Shown: positions 19,149 to 29,675, counted from the first letter of the stretch. The stretch: 64,000 nt of DNA from Candidatus Binatia bacterium (GCA_963666515.2 OY762897.2:2144001-2208000), one strand, 5' to 3'. Notes: generated by a model from the letters alone, not told the origin. Numbers and translations: made by a program.

Positions 19149-20989
19149 GACCCGGCTCCCCGGTTCTCCAGCAGGCGCTGCCGCCGGATCTCCGCCGTTG
19201 CCTGAAGGTCCACCGCGAAGGAAGCCGGGTCTATGACCACGCCGTAGACGTGCAGCGCAGTCTCCACCGTCACCAGCTCGTTCTCCACGTCCTTGAGCAC
19301 CGCCCCGGGGTCGCGGTCCAGCGGACTGCCGTAGCCGCCGCCCATGCCCAGGGTGTAGTACAGCACGTCGTCCGGCGTCAGCTCGAAGCTCGCGTAGGGC
19401 AGCACCCGCGGCGTGCCGCCAAGCTCGTCGAGCGCCTGCGGCATCCGGTTGGCGTCCAGCATCTTCCCCAGCGCCGTGCCCTCCAGGTGCACCAGGATGC
19501 TCGGCGCCCCGGGGTAGCCCCCGAAGATGCCGCGTCCGCCGTTGACGAGACCGGCCACCCCGAAGGCGACGCCCTCGATCCTGCCCTCGGGGGCCTTGTG
19601 CACCGAGAACGCCATTTCCGCGCCGGTGCCGCCGCGATAACGGCCCGCTCCCTGCTGGTCCCTGGCATGGCGCCGGAACAGGAACAGCATCGGGCAGTTC
19701 ATCTCCAGCCACTCCACGTTGGGGCAGGTCATGAAGTCGAGCTTGGTGGTGTCGACCCCGTCCATGGTGGCGCGGGCGCCGCTGCCGCTGAGGGGCGACA
19801 TGGCCAGGCTCGTGGAATAAAACGCGCCGTGCTGGTTCAGCCCTGACGTGCGCACCCGGCGCCCGCCCCATATCCGTACCATGATCTCGTCACGCCACGC
19901 CTCGCTGCCCGCCAGCATGCCGTTGAGCACCGACACCACCACGTACTTGGCGGTGGCGCCGCCCGACGTGGTGTTGAGGGAGACCGGCGCCGGATGGGTG
20001 ACGTTCACCAGGGTTCCCGGCGGCGCGATGGTCTCGATGGGCCGGAACAACCCGTGGTTGCGGGGAAAGTCGTAGGCCACGGTCTCCACGAGGCCTTCGA
20101 AGCAGGTGCCGAAGGTGGCGTGGTAGGGCAGGTTGACGCCGACGCTCGCCTGGGGGTCGGTGCCGGTGAAGTCGAAGACCATGCGGCTGCCCTGCTTCTT
20201 CAGGGTCAGCCGGACGGTCCACGAGCCTTCCCTGGACTCGATGGCGGCGCTGTCGCTCCACTCGCCGTCCGGGATCGCCTCCAGGCGCTTGCGCAGCGCG
20301 CGCTCGGAGTAATCGATCATCTGGGCGGCCACGGCGTCCATGAGGTCGACGCCGTGGTGGCTGTAGAACTGCCTCATGCGCGCCTTGGCCACGCTGTGGC
20401 CGGCAAGCTGGCAATTGATGTCCAGCGCCACCATGTCGGGCCGCCGGGTCATGTTGATGAGGGTGTCGAACACGTCCTTGCGCAGGTTGCCGCGGTCCAC
20501 CAGCTTGATGCCGGGAATGCGGAGGCCCTCGTGACAGATCTCCCTGGCTTCCGGGGAATCGCCGCCCGGGGACATGGCGCCGATGTCCATCACGTGGACG
20601 AACGACGCGCTCCATCCGATCAGCCTTCCCTCCACGTGGATGGGGGAGACGAGGTAGACGTCGGATTGGTGCACCGCCGAGACGTAGGGGTCGTTCAGGA
20701 GGAAAACGTCGTCCTCGTGCACGCCGTCGTATTCGGCGAAGCGCTCGATGATCCACTTCACCGTGAAGCCGGCGCAGGCCACGTGCCAGGGCATGGACTC
20801 GCCGGTGGCCAGGATCTCGCCGTCGGCCCGGTAGAGCGAGGCCATGTAGTCGTGCATCTGGGTGGTGTTGACCGTCCCGCCGACCCGTTCGATGGTGGTG
20901 CCCATCTCCTTGGCGATGCGCTGGAGCCGGTGCGAAAGGATCTCGAAGGTCACCGGATCCACGGTCCTGCCGTCGCCGTTATGATCCAT
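19145..20989 (-). CDS. Hydantoinase B/oxoprolinase family subunit
   Basis: DPVTFEI, NDPY...H..D, HVMDIG, EGLRIP, GGGYGSPLDR. Confidence 0.9.
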   Translation of the reverse strand: MDHNGDGRTVDPVTFEILSHRLQRIAKEMGTTIERVGGTVNTTQMHDYMASLYRADGEILATGESMPWHVACAGFTVKWIIERFAEYDGVHEDDVFLLNDPYVSAVHQSDVYLVSPIHVEGRLIGWSASFVHVMDIGAMSPGGDSPEAREICHEGLRIPGIKLVDRGNLRKDVFDTLINMTRRPDMVALDINCQLAGHSVAKARMRQFYSHHGVDLMDAVAAQMIDYSERALRKRLEAIPDGEWSDSAAIESREGSWTVRLTLKKQGSRMVFDFTGTDPQASVGVNLPYHATFGTCFEGLVETVAYDFPRNHGLFRPIETIAPPGTLVNVTHPAPVSLNTTSGGATAKYVVVSVLNGMLAGSEAWRDEIMVRIWGGRRVRTSGLNQHGAFYSTSLAMSPLSGSGARATMDGVDTTKLDFMTCPNVEWLEMNCPMLFLFRRHARDQQGAGRYRGGTGAEMAFSVHKAPEGRIEGVAFGVAGLVNGGRGIFGGYPGAPSILVHLEGTALGKMLDANRMPQALDELGGTPRVLPYASFELTPDDVLYYTLGMGGGYGSPLDRDPGAVLKDVENELVTVETALHVYGVVIDPASFAVDLQATAEIRRQRLLENRGAGS

Positions 20990-23120
20990 CGTCCTCCCTC
21001 CCGGAAAGCGCCGGCCGCGAACCCACCGCGATACGGACGTTGCCGAGATCGTCCATCATCGCGCGGTCGCCCGGGTTGATCAGGATCGTGGTGATGGGGG
21101 TCTCGATGACGCCCGGCTCCGAGATGGCCATGCCCGGGCGCATCCTGGCGACGTCGTACAACGGGGTTGTCACGAAGTCGCCGAACTCCTCGAAATAGAC
21201 CGGCCGCGTGCCCTTTTCGGCCGCCGAGATATCGCCGCCCCCCTCCAGTGGCCGCAGCACCGGCTTGGGCAGCGCCCCCGAGCCGGTGACCCGCAGGGTG
21301 ACGATCTCCCGGCCGGCGGCCCGGTAAGCCGAGCCCCTGCCGTAGACCGCCTCGTAGAGCCCGTCGAACCGTGCATACACGCCATCGAGATCCTCTTCGG
21401 TCAGGTCGGCCTCCCCCGGCGGGATCGGGACGTTGATCTCGTGGACCTGGTAGCGGTAGCGCATGTCCACGCTCCGCGCGAGGGTGATGTCCGCGGCGGT
21501 GAAACCCGCGTCCTCCAGGCTGCGGCGGACCCTGGACAGGACCGGCGAGAAGGACTCGTTGACACGGTCGGCCGGGACCGGCACCAGGCAGCGGTCCGAG
21601 ACGCCCTCCTCGTACACCACGTCGGAGGACACGAGGCCCACGGCGCCGTGGACCGAGGCGGTCACCGGGACCACCACCTGCTCGATGCCGAGTTCGGCCG
21701 CGAACCGGCCGGCGTGCACCGGGCAGGCGCCGCCGAAGGCGAACAGGGTGTCGCCCCGGGGATCGTGTCCGCGCTGGACGGTGGCGTTGCGGATCAGGTC
21801 GCTCATCTGGGCGTTGACGATGCGGTGGATGGCGCCGGCCGCCTCGGTGACGCTCATGCCCAGGGGCCGGGCCACCTTCTCCTCCACCGCCCGGCGCGCG
21901 GCCTCCACGTCGAGGGTGATCTGGCCGCCGAGGAAATAATCGGGGTTCAGGTATCCCAGGACCAGGCTTGCATCGGTCACCGTGGGCTCGGCGCCGCCGC
22001 GGTTGTAGCACACCGGACCGGGGTTGGCGCCGGCGCCGCGCGGCCCGACTTTCAAAAGGTCGGTCCCCTCCTCGAGCCAGGCGATGCTGCCGCCTCCCGC
22101 GCCGATGGATTCCACCCAGATCTTGGGAGACAGCAGCCGGTAGCGCAGGAAAACAGGCTGATAATCACGCTCCATGGCGCCGCCGCGGATAATGCCGACC
22201 TTGAAGGTGGTGCCGCCCATGTCCGCCGCCACGATGTCGTCGATGCCGCTCAGGCGGCCCATGTAGTGGCAGGCCGCGACACCGGCCGCGGGACCCGACT
22301 CGATGGTTCCCACCGCCTTGCGCACGGAGTCGTCGACCCCCAGGACGCCGCCGTAAGCCTGCATGATCAGCGGCTCCCGCCTCAGGCCCCGGTCCCGCAG
22401 CAGCGCGCGCAGTTGGTTCAGGTATGAGCCGATCCGGGGGCCGATATAGGCGTTGAAGACCGTCGTCGCGGTGCGTTCGTACTCTCCCTGGAAGGGAGCC
22501 GCCTCGCTGGAAAGGGTCACGAACAGGTCGGGATGCCGTCTGCCCAGCAGCTCGCCGATGATCCGTTCATGGCCGTCGTTGGCGATGGACCACAGGAGCG
22601 AGACCGCCACCGACTCGACGCCGCGTTCCACGAGCTTCCCGATGGCGCGCTCGGCTTCCGCCTCGTCCAGGTCCACGAGCGCATCGCCCTCGAAATCCAT
22701 GCGTTCGTTGACCTCGGCAATGAGGGGCTTGGGAACGAGGGGCTCCGGCTTCGTGAGGGCCGCCATGTGGTGCGCTTCGGACTCCGGCAGCCCGGCCACC
22801 ACGCCGCCGCGCATCATCAGGATGGTGTCGCCGAACCCGGCGGTGGCGATGAGACCGGTGCGCGCGCCGGTGCGGGTGATCAGCGTGTTATCGCCGATGG
22901 TGCAGGCGTGATAGAAGAGCCGCGTGGCGCTCAGCAGGTCGCCCTCGTCGGCCATGCCGAGATTGCGCGCCGCGTCCCGCAACGCGTCGAGCACCCCCAG
23001 GGCAAAGTTCTGCGGCGTCGAGGACGCCTTTCCCAGGGTCATGCCCCCCTCGCCGCTCACCGCGACGCAATCGGTGAAAGTGCCGCCGATGTCGACGCCG
23101 ACGATGTAGGTGTCGCTCAC
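20979..23120 (-). CDS. Hydantoinase A/oxoprolinase family ATP-binding subunit
   Basis: GVDIGGTFTD, SGPAAG, DMGGTT, IGAGGGS, GPVCY..GG.EPTVTDA. Confidence 0.9.
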   Translation of the reverse strand: MSDTYIVGVDIGGTFTDCVAVSGEGGMTLGKASSTPQNFALGVLDALRDAARNLGMADEGDLLSATRLFYHACTIGDNTLITRTGARTGLIATAGFGDTILMMRGGVVAGLPESEAHHMAALTKPEPLVPKPLIAEVNERMDFEGDALVDLDEAEAERAIGKLVERGVESVAVSLLWSIANDGHERIIGELLGRRHPDLFVTLSSEAAPFQGEYERTATTVFNAYIGPRIGSYLNQLRALLRDRGLRREPLIMQAYGGVLGVDDSVRKAVGTIESGPAAGVAACHYMGRLSGIDDIVAADMGGTTFKVGIIRGGAMERDYQPVFLRYRLLSPKIWVESIGAGGGSIAWLEEGTDLLKVGPRGAGANPGPVCYNRGGAEPTVTDASLVLGYLNPDYFLGGQITLDVEAARRAVEEKVARPLGMSVTEAAGAIHRIVNAQMSDLIRNATVQRGHDPRGDTLFAFGGACPVHAGRFAAELGIEQVVVPVTASVHGAVGLVSSDVVYEEGVSDRCLVPVPADRVNESFSPVLSRVRRSLEDAGFTAADITLARSVDMRYRYQVHEINVPIPPGEADLTEEDLDGVYARFDGLYEAVYGRGSAYRAAGREIVTLRVTGSGALPKPVLRPLEGGGDISAAEKGTRPVYFEEFGDFVTTPLYDVARMRPGMAISEPGVIETPITTILINPGDRAMMDDLGNVRIAVGSRPALSGREDDGS

Positions 23121-23167
23121 GCTCGTGTCCCGCGCGGTGCCGGCAGCGAAGGGTCCGCCCGCGAGCG

Positions 23168-24292
23168 CTAGTTCCCGCGCAGTTTCTTGGCGAGCTTCCG
23201 GGAGACCTTGCGGTAGAAGTAGGCGTTCTTCACCACGTTCTGGTCGGTGCCGAAGTAGATATTGGCGCCGGCGGCGCGCTTGCTCTCCACCAGCTTGTTG
23301 AGCTGCGAGCCGGCGCGGAACGGTGAATCGCGTCCGATCACCTTCCAGATGGTGTCCTGGCCCTGCTTCGTCAGCATGTAGACGGACAGGAGCTTGGCGA
23401 GATTGGGATGCGCGCTCGTCTTCGGCACGCTGACCTCGCTTGCGGTGCCGGACATGAAATCGTCCATGGTGGCGTAGTCCACCGGGCCTCCCTTGGCCTT
23501 GAGTCGCGAATAGGCCACCGGCTTGGTGTCGAAGGCGAATATCGGAAACTCGCCCGTGGCCACGCGGTTGTGGACGCCCGTGCGGGTGGTGCCAATGATG
23601 GTGCCGTTGGCCACCATGGCGTCGACGATGCGCGTGGCCTCTTCCTCACCCAGATGGATCGCCGCCTCGACCCAGCCGACGGCAAAGACTGTGGTGCCGA
23701 TCTTGCCCTTGTACCTGGGGTTGGTGAAGTCCTTGTACGACTTCGGCAGGTCCTTGGCCTTCACGAGGTTGGTGTTGTAGCCGATGATGTGAATCGAGGC
23801 GCCGATGACCACGGCCGCGCCGTTGATGCCGATTTCCTCGTCCCCGAGCCCCGGCATGAGCTTCTTCCAGTCCACGCGCAGGAGGGCGCCGGCCTGATCC
23901 GAGGGGATTGTCTGCCGCGAAGGGGCGAAGAAGACGTCGGTGCTGGCCGGGCGGCCGGTCTTGGCCTCGTCGATGATCCGCGGCATCAGCTTCGACGCGC
24001 TGGGGCCGGGGGTGGTCTTGAGCCGGACGTTGATGCCGTAGGTCTTGTTGAGTCCCTTCTCCAGCGCCGCCATGAGCTTGGGAGAATTCCAGTCCCCAGA
24101 GCCGAAGACGTTCAGCTCGCCCTCCTTTTGTGCCGCGGCGACCAGTTGCTTGAGCGCGTCGCCGCCCGTCTGGGCGGACGCCTGCGCCACGGCCGCGCCG
24201 ATGAACGCCAGCACCATGCCCGCGGCCGTCGCGACGGCGGCGACGCGCGGCCAAAGAAGACCCATGTCAAATCGCCCGGAAAGAACTCTCAT
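23168..24292 (-). CDS. ABC transporter extracellular solute-binding protein (Fe/thiamine-like class)
   Basis: Signal peptide; AAQKEGEL, GYNTNLV, HPNLAKL; exact start uncertain. Confidence 0.75.
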   Translation of the reverse strand: MRVLSGRFDMGLLWPRVAAVATAAGMVLAFIGAAVAQASAQTGGDALKQLVAAAQKEGELNVFGSGDWNSPKLMAALEKGLNKTYGINVRLKTTPGPSASKLMPRIIDEAKTGRPASTDVFFAPSRQTIPSDQAGALLRVDWKKLMPGLGDEEIGINGAAVVIGASIHIIGYNTNLVKAKDLPKSYKDFTNPRYKGKIGTTVFAVGWVEAAIHLGEEEATRIVDAMVANGTIIGTTRTGVHNRVATGEFPIFAFDTKPVAYSRLKAKGGPVDYATMDDFMSGTASEVSVPKTSAHPNLAKLLSVYMLTKQGQDTIWKVIGRDSPFRAGSQLNKLVESKRAAGANIYFGTDQNVVKNAYFYRKVSRKLAKKLRGN

Positions 24293-24413
24293 CGTCGTTA
24301 CCTCCCAGAGTCACTGCGGCCTTCCGTTCACCTCAAGGAACTGGGGTATCCATATTTTGAGCGAGGGCGGGTTGTCAACACTGCGCCGCGGGGTCAGGCC
24401 GGAGACCGCTTGG

Positions 24414-24548
24414 CGAAAACGATTACAAGCATCACGCTACCTCAGCCAACAGAGCGGGGGCCACTACGCTTGGACATCCGGAATCGATTACTCGTGTACA
24501 AAAACGCTTAGAAGAGGCGCTGTTCGTCCGAAAACGATTACCGTTTTC
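24414..24548. promoter_or_regulatory. Cluster of LacI/cre-like operator motifs upstream of the SBP-hydantoinase operon
   Basis: CGAAAACGATTAC at 24414 and 24529; related AANCGNTT cores at 24479 and 24499. Confidence 0.4.
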
Positions 24549-24999
24549 CGGCTCGGTGGCGTTTCGGAGGCTGCGGGTTGTTGGCGGGATTGGTGTCGTG
24601 CTTCGCCATGGCGTTCACCGCCGGCCCGCCGACCAGGGGCGCCAGTTCCGCCTCCAGCGCGTCGGCTTTTGCCTTGTCGTAGACCTCGTCGCCGTCCACG
24701 TAGAGCGTGAAGGACTTGACGTACTTCGCCTTCTTGGCGGGATCCTCGATGGTGGCCTTGGTCCAGGCGTAGAGCGGATACTTGTCGACACCCTGTCGCT
24801 CGGCTTCGGCGCAATAGCCGGCAAAGGCGTCGTACTGGCACCGCAGCACCGCGCCATGCCTGTCGAGCACGGCTACAAGCGGTTCGAGGTCCGGATGGCT
24901 GTCCCCCGTGCGCGCGGCCTCGGCGACTTCGTCTCCAAGGTTGACGCGCAACTGGTACAGCCATTCACGGGTCATGGATTCGGGCGTCTTCTCCGCCAT
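24538..24999 (-). CDS. Conserved hypothetical protein
   Basis: 153 aa with normal composition (CQYDAFAGYC.EAE, YPLY.WTKATIEDPAKK.KY); no family recognised. Confidence 0.65.
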   Translation of the reverse strand: MAEKTPESMTREWLYQLRVNLGDEVAEAARTGDSHPDLEPLVAVLDRHGAVLRCQYDAFAGYCAEAERQGVDKYPLYAWTKATIEDPAKKAKYVKSFTLYVDGDEVYDKAKADALEAELAPLVGGPAVNAMAKHDTNPANNPQPPKRHRAGKR

Positions 25000-25085
25000 G
25001 GTCTCTATCTTCCGCTCCGGGACTTTCCTTCCAGGGTGCTACACCGGACCGCCCGCCGCAACCGCCGCGGCCTGCGGCGCCCTCC

Positions 25086-26261
25086 TCACCTCCGATCGAG
25101 CGTCTCCCTGGCCACGAACGCCAGCCCCGCGGCAGCGCCCAGCAGGATGGGGGCGTAGAAGAGGAACGTCCTGCCGGCGCTCATGAGGTCAACGAGCCAG
25201 CCGCCCACCAGCGGACCCATCACCGCGCCGGACTCGCCCACGGTGCGGCGGAGCCCCTGAAGGCGCCCCCGGGCCTCTTTCGGGATGACGTCGTAGGTGG
25301 AGACGGCCAGAGCGCCCAGGGACATGCCCTGGGCGAGGCCGATGACCACCATGATCGCCGCCAGTTGCGGCAGGGTCGAGGCCAACGGGAAGGCCAGGAA
25401 GGCGATGCCCGGCAGCGCGGTGCTGGGAACACTGGCATACTTGCGCCCGACACGGTCGGTGATGAAGCCGGCGGGCAGGATCATGAGCAGGACGAACACG
25501 CCGGAAACGCCGAACAGGCCGCCGACGTGAGCCGCGGAGAAGCCAAGCTCCACCCCCGCGTACAGCGGCAGCATGCCCTGGAGCGTCGTGCGGTACATCT
25601 GCATGCTGAAAGTCGCTATCACCAGCGTTACGAAGGTGGCGCGGAGGTGCGGGAGGACGTCCGAAACCTTCCCCCACCAGGCGATCTTGCCGACTTGACC
25701 CCGCACCGTGTCTCTCCGGGCCAGGACCGCTGCCACGAACACGGCCAGGGCTACGGCCGCGTAGACCGTAAACACCATGCGGAACCCGACCCACTGGGCG
25801 ATGACGCCCCCCGCCACCGGACCGAGGGCCATGCCGGCTGACTTGACTCCCATGAAGCCGCTCAGCAGGCGCCCGCGCTGGCGCTGCGCCACCATCTCGA
25901 CCCCGGACACCTCGCGACCCATGGTCCAGACGCTGTCGCCGACGCCGGCCAGGAACTGGCCGAGAAAGAGCAGGAGGAAGTAGGGGGTGACCGCGGTCAT
26001 GACGGCGCCGGTCAGCACCAGGGCGCTCCCCACCAGCATGGTGATCTTGGCGCCGTGGCGGTCCATGAGGAGGCCTGCCGGTATCAGGATGATGGTGCGG
26101 CCCAGAGCGTGGGCGGTGACCACCTGCACGGCAAGTCCCGCCGAAACTCCGAAAGACGCCGCCAGGAGCGGGATGGTCGGGAAAACCATGCCCTGCCCCA
26201 GGCTCATGACAAGGACGGTGCCGTACAGCAGCGCGAGGCTACCGGCCCGCGGACCGGTCAT
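25086..26261 (-). CDS. MFS transporter
   Basis: 12 TM; motif A GLLMDRHG and GFITDRVGRK. Confidence 0.85.
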   Translation of the reverse strand: MTGPRAGSLALLYGTVLVMSLGQGMVFPTIPLLAASFGVSAGLAVQVVTAHALGRTIILIPAGLLMDRHGAKITMLVGSALVLTGAVMTAVTPYFLLLFLGQFLAGVGDSVWTMGREVSGVEMVAQRQRGRLLSGFMGVKSAGMALGPVAGGVIAQWVGFRMVFTVYAAVALAVFVAAVLARRDTVRGQVGKIAWWGKVSDVLPHLRATFVTLVIATFSMQMYRTTLQGMLPLYAGVELGFSAAHVGGLFGVSGVFVLLMILPAGFITDRVGRKYASVPSTALPGIAFLAFPLASTLPQLAAIMVVIGLAQGMSLGALAVSTYDVIPKEARGRLQGLRRTVGESGAVMGPLVGGWLVDLMSAGRTFLFYAPILLGAAAGLAFVARETLDRR

Positions 26262-26289
26262 CGAGTATGGACTCCCGGGACGGGAAGGG

Positions 26290-26886
26290 TCAGGGCTTGG
26301 AGCCGCCGTAGAGGGAGAGCCCGGAGCTCTTCTGATGGCACGCAACGTCCTGGAATCCCGCGCTCCGGAACCATTCGAGTTGGTCGTCCATCGACGCCGA
26401 GCCGCGGTCCAGGTTGAAGAACCGGCCGCCGGACCGCACTCGGCCGAATATCTCCTCGTAGACGGACTTGATGGTCTCGCCGGCCCGGACGTTGTGGATG
26501 GCGTTGCACGAGACCACGAGATCGAACTCGCCGTCGGCCACCTGGCTCCAGTTCTTCTTGCTGAAGTCGGAGATCACGTACTCGAAGCGACCTTCAAGCT
26601 CCTTCATGCGCTCGCCGCCCAGCTTGGCCATGGCCGCCGAGCCGTCATGGCAAACCGCGGTGGCGCTGGGGAAGGTTTCCAGCAGGAACTTGCTGAGCGC
26701 CCCGTAGCCGCACCCCACGTCCATGAACCGAAAGGCCGCGTCCTTGTCGAACGGCGCCAGGCTCGCGATGAGCGTGAACTGCCGGGCTCGAAGCGTCTCG
26801 TTGCGCATCTGGCGCTGCGCCCAATCCTCCACGTATTCCTCGGAGTTCCAATCGTGCTGCCGCAACGGGTCGGTGATCTGTGCCAT
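26290..26886 (-). CDS. Class I SAM-dependent methyltransferase
   Basis: MDVGCGYG, FDLVVS..AIHN; GGAGG RBS before ATG 26886. Confidence 0.85.
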   Translation of the reverse strand: MAQITDPLRQHDWNSEEYVEDWAQRQMRNETLRARQFTLIASLAPFDKDAAFRFMDVGCGYGALSKFLLETFPSATAVCHDGSAAMAKLGGERMKELEGRFEYVISDFSKKNWSQVADGEFDLVVSCNAIHNVRAGETIKSVYEEIFGRVRSGGRFFNLDRGSASMDDQLEWFRSAGFQDVACHQKSSGLSLYGGSKP

Positions 26887-26962
26887 TTCTGCTTCTCGAC
26901 CTCCTGTGAAGTGGCTGTGTCCTGAGCCCTGTCCGGTGGTGGTGTCGGTCGTGACCGGGCGC

Positions 26963-26987
26963 GGGCGGGTTTGGAACCCGCCCCTAC
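26963..26987 (-). repeat. GTAG-family REP-like palindrome
   Basis: Minus strand reads GTAG-GGGCGGGTT-CCA-AACCCGCCC. Confidence 0.6.
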
Positions 26988-27020
26988 AACGCTTAGACAA
27001 AATAGGCGCGGATGTCCAGG

Positions 27021-27049
27021 TTGACAGCCGCACGCCGTGGGCCTATAGG
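27021..27049 (+). promoter_or_regulatory. Sigma70 promoter for the UbiD operon
   Basis: TTGACA-N17-TATAGG. Confidence 0.55.
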
Positions 27050-27081
27050 GCCTATGGATGGCGCAGCCGGGAGACGAACGC

Positions 27082-28530
27082 ATGACGAAAGAGCGACGAG
27101 ACGTTGAAGCGGCCCTGAACCTGCGGACTTTCATCGACCGGCTCAGGCAGGCGGGAAAGCTCAAGGAGATCCGGGACGCCCACTGGGACCTGGAGATCGG
27201 CGCGCTGACCGAGATCGCCGCCGAGTCCGGCGAGGGCTCGGCGCTGCTCTTCGACACCGTCCCGGACCACCCGGAGGGCTACCGCGTCCTCAGCAACGTC
27301 CTGCGCTCTCCGGAATCGGACGCCCTGGCCTTGGGCATGCCGCCGGAGGTCCGCGGCCTGGACGTCGTGCAGGCGGTCAAGGGCCGGCTCCAGGACCTGA
27401 AGCCCATCCCGCCGACCGAGATCGGCGAGTCGCCGCTGCTGGAGAACGTCGCCTTCGACGGCGACGTCAACGTGCTCAAGTTCCCCACACCCAAGTGGCA
27501 CGCGGACGACGGCGGACGCTACATCGGCACGTTCACGGCCACGGTGTGCCGCGACCCCGACACCGGCTACGTCAACGTCGGCACCTACCGCGTCCAGGTC
27601 CACGACGAGAACACCGTGGGCGTGTGGATGATCCCCGGGAAACACGGCGACCTCATCACCCGGAAATACTGGGCGCGGGGCGAGAGCTGCCCCGTGGCCG
27701 TCGTGTGCGGGCTGCCGCCGGGCATGATGACCGCGAGCGCGGTGGGCATCCCCTGGAACATGAGCGAGTACGACTTCCTGGGGGGCCTGCTGGAGACGCC
27801 GGTGCCGGTCATCAAGGGGCAGAAGACCGGGCTGCCCGTACCCGCCTTCGCGGACATCGTCCTGGAAGGCCACATACCGCCGCCGGAGCAGGAGACCCAC
27901 GAAGAGGGGCCGTTCGGCGAGTGGCCCGGATATTACGCCTCGGGGTCGCGGCAGGCCCCGGTGGTCAAGGTGGAGGCCGTCTATCACCGCAACGACCCCA
28001 TCATCACCGGCGACCCGCCGCTCAGGACCTTCCTCAACAGCGAGACCCACAAGTACATCCGCTCGGCCAACATCTGGTCGTCCCTGGAGCGCGCCGGCAT
28101 CCCCGAGGTGCAGGGCGTGTGGTTCCCGCGGCAGGGCCGGTTCATGGTCACCGTGGCCATCAAGCAGCGCTACTCGGGCCACGCCAAGCAGGCCGGATAC
28201 GGCGTGCTCGCCACCCGCGACGGCGGACGGGACGTGCGCATGGTCATCGTGGTGGACGAGGACGTGGACATCACCAACGTGGGCGAGGTGCTCTGGGCCA
28301 TGTCCACCCGCTGGGACCCCCGGACCGATTCCGAGATCCTCGACGTCGCCGCCAGCATCCTGAACCCGCGGCTTTCGCCCGAGGACAAGCAGCGCCGGGA
28401 GCTGACCACCTCCTGCATGGTGGTGGACGCGTGCCGGCCCTACAGTTGGAAGGACGAGTTCCCGAAGATCTCGGGCGTGAGCGCCGACTACAAGGCCAGG
28501 GTCCGCGCCAAGTGGGCGGACCGGTTGTGA
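27082..28530 (+). CDS. UbiD family prFMN-dependent (de)carboxylase
   Basis: DGGRYIGT, NVGTYR, EGPFGEWPGYY, VVDEDVD, WAMSTR; alternative start 27058. Confidence 0.9.
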   Translation: MTKERRDVEAALNLRTFIDRLRQAGKLKEIRDAHWDLEIGALTEIAAESGEGSALLFDTVPDHPEGYRVLSNVLRSPESDALALGMPPEVRGLDVVQAVKGRLQDLKPIPPTEIGESPLLENVAFDGDVNVLKFPTPKWHADDGGRYIGTFTATVCRDPDTGYVNVGTYRVQVHDENTVGVWMIPGKHGDLITRKYWARGESCPVAVVCGLPPGMMTASAVGIPWNMSEYDFLGGLLETPVPVIKGQKTGLPVPAFADIVLEGHIPPPEQETHEEGPFGEWPGYYASGSRQAPVVKVEAVYHRNDPIITGDPPLRTFLNSETHKYIRSANIWSSLERAGIPEVQGVWFPRQGRFMVTVAIKQRYSGHAKQAGYGVLATRDGGRDVRMVIVVDEDVDITNVGEVLWAMSTRWDPRTDSEILDVAASILNPRLSPEDKQRRELTTSCMVVDACRPYSWKDEFPKISGVSADYKARVRAKWADRL

Positions 28531-28621
28531 CACGGGCGACGGGCATTGCGTGGAGGAACGACCGGGCGAGCGGACGTGACGGGGTCACCGCCCCGCACCC
28601 GGTGACAGGAAGGAGATACCG

Positions 28622-29656
28622 ATGAGACATCCGTACCGATTCGCGGCAGCCTTCTCGTTGCTGCTGTGCATGGCCGTCCCGGCCACGGCATGGGCCGACG
28701 TGGCGGCGTTCTACAAGGGCAAGACCTTGCGGTTCATCCTGGGCTCCGCGCCCGGCGGGGGCTTCGACACCTACGGCCGCACCATCGCCCGCACCCTCAC
28801 CAAGCACATTCCCGGCAACCCGAAGATCATCGTCCAGAACATGCCCGGCGCCGGTTTCGCCATCGCCATGAACTACGTCTACAACGTCGCCAGACGTGAC
28901 GGCTCGGTGATCGGAGCGACCAACAGCGGCTTGGTGATGAAGCAGGTGCTGGGCGAGAAGGGCATCAAGTTCGACAACGCGAAGTTCGGCTGGCTGGGCA
29001 GCGCCGGCAAGGCCACGCCCACGTGCATGGTGATGTCGCGCACGGGTGTGACCGACCTCAAGGGGATCCTGAACGCCCCGAAGCCCATCAACTTCGGATC
29101 CGCGGGCACCCTCACCCGGGACACCCCGCTGATCCTGCGGGATTTCGTGGGCGGCAAGATCAACGTCGTCAGGGGGTATAACGGCACGGCGCAGATTCGC
29201 GCGGCCGTGGGGCGCAAGGAGGTGGACGGGTACTGCTCTTCGTGGGAGTCGGTGCGGATCCAGGCCACGGAAATGCTCAAGGGCAAGGAGGGCGACCGGC
29301 TGGTTCCCTTCCTCACCAGCGGCGACAAGGACGAGCCGGTGCTCAAGAACCTGCCGCTGTTCGCCGATCACATCAAGAACGCCGACGAGCGCGCGGCCTA
29401 CGAAGCGTGGCTGGCGCCGTACAAGCTCTTCCGCGCCTACGTGACGCCGCCGGGCATCCCGAAGGATCGGCTGGAGGCGCTGCAGACCGCCTTCAAGAAC
29501 ACCCTGGACGACCCGGAGTTCAAGACGGCCTCCAAGAAGATCGGCATCGAGATCTCGTACCTGTCGGGCGCCGAGATCCTGGGCCTCGTGAAGAAGGTCT
29601 TTTCCATCGGGCCGGGGGCCAAGGCGCGGCTCGAGCGGCTGGTCAAAGGCAAGTAG
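28622..29656 (+). CDS. TTT substrate-binding protein (Bug/TctC family)
   Basis: Signal peptide; APGGGFD, HIPGNP, VQNMPGAG. Confidence 0.85.
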   Translation: MRHPYRFAAAFSLLLCMAVPATAWADVAAFYKGKTLRFILGSAPGGGFDTYGRTIARTLTKHIPGNPKIIVQNMPGAGFAIAMNYVYNVARRDGSVIGATNSGLVMKQVLGEKGIKFDNAKFGWLGSAGKATPTCMVMSRTGVTDLKGILNAPKPINFGSAGTLTRDTPLILRDFVGGKINVVRGYNGTAQIRAAVGRKEVDGYCSSWESVRIQATEMLKGKEGDRLVPFLTSGDKDEPVLKNLPLFADHIKNADERAAYEAWLAPYKLFRAYVTPPGIPKDRLEALQTAFKNTLDDPEFKTASKKIGIEISYLSGAEILGLVKKVFSIGPGAKARLERLVKGK

Positions 29657-29675
29657 GGTGTCCGAGGGAAGCCAC

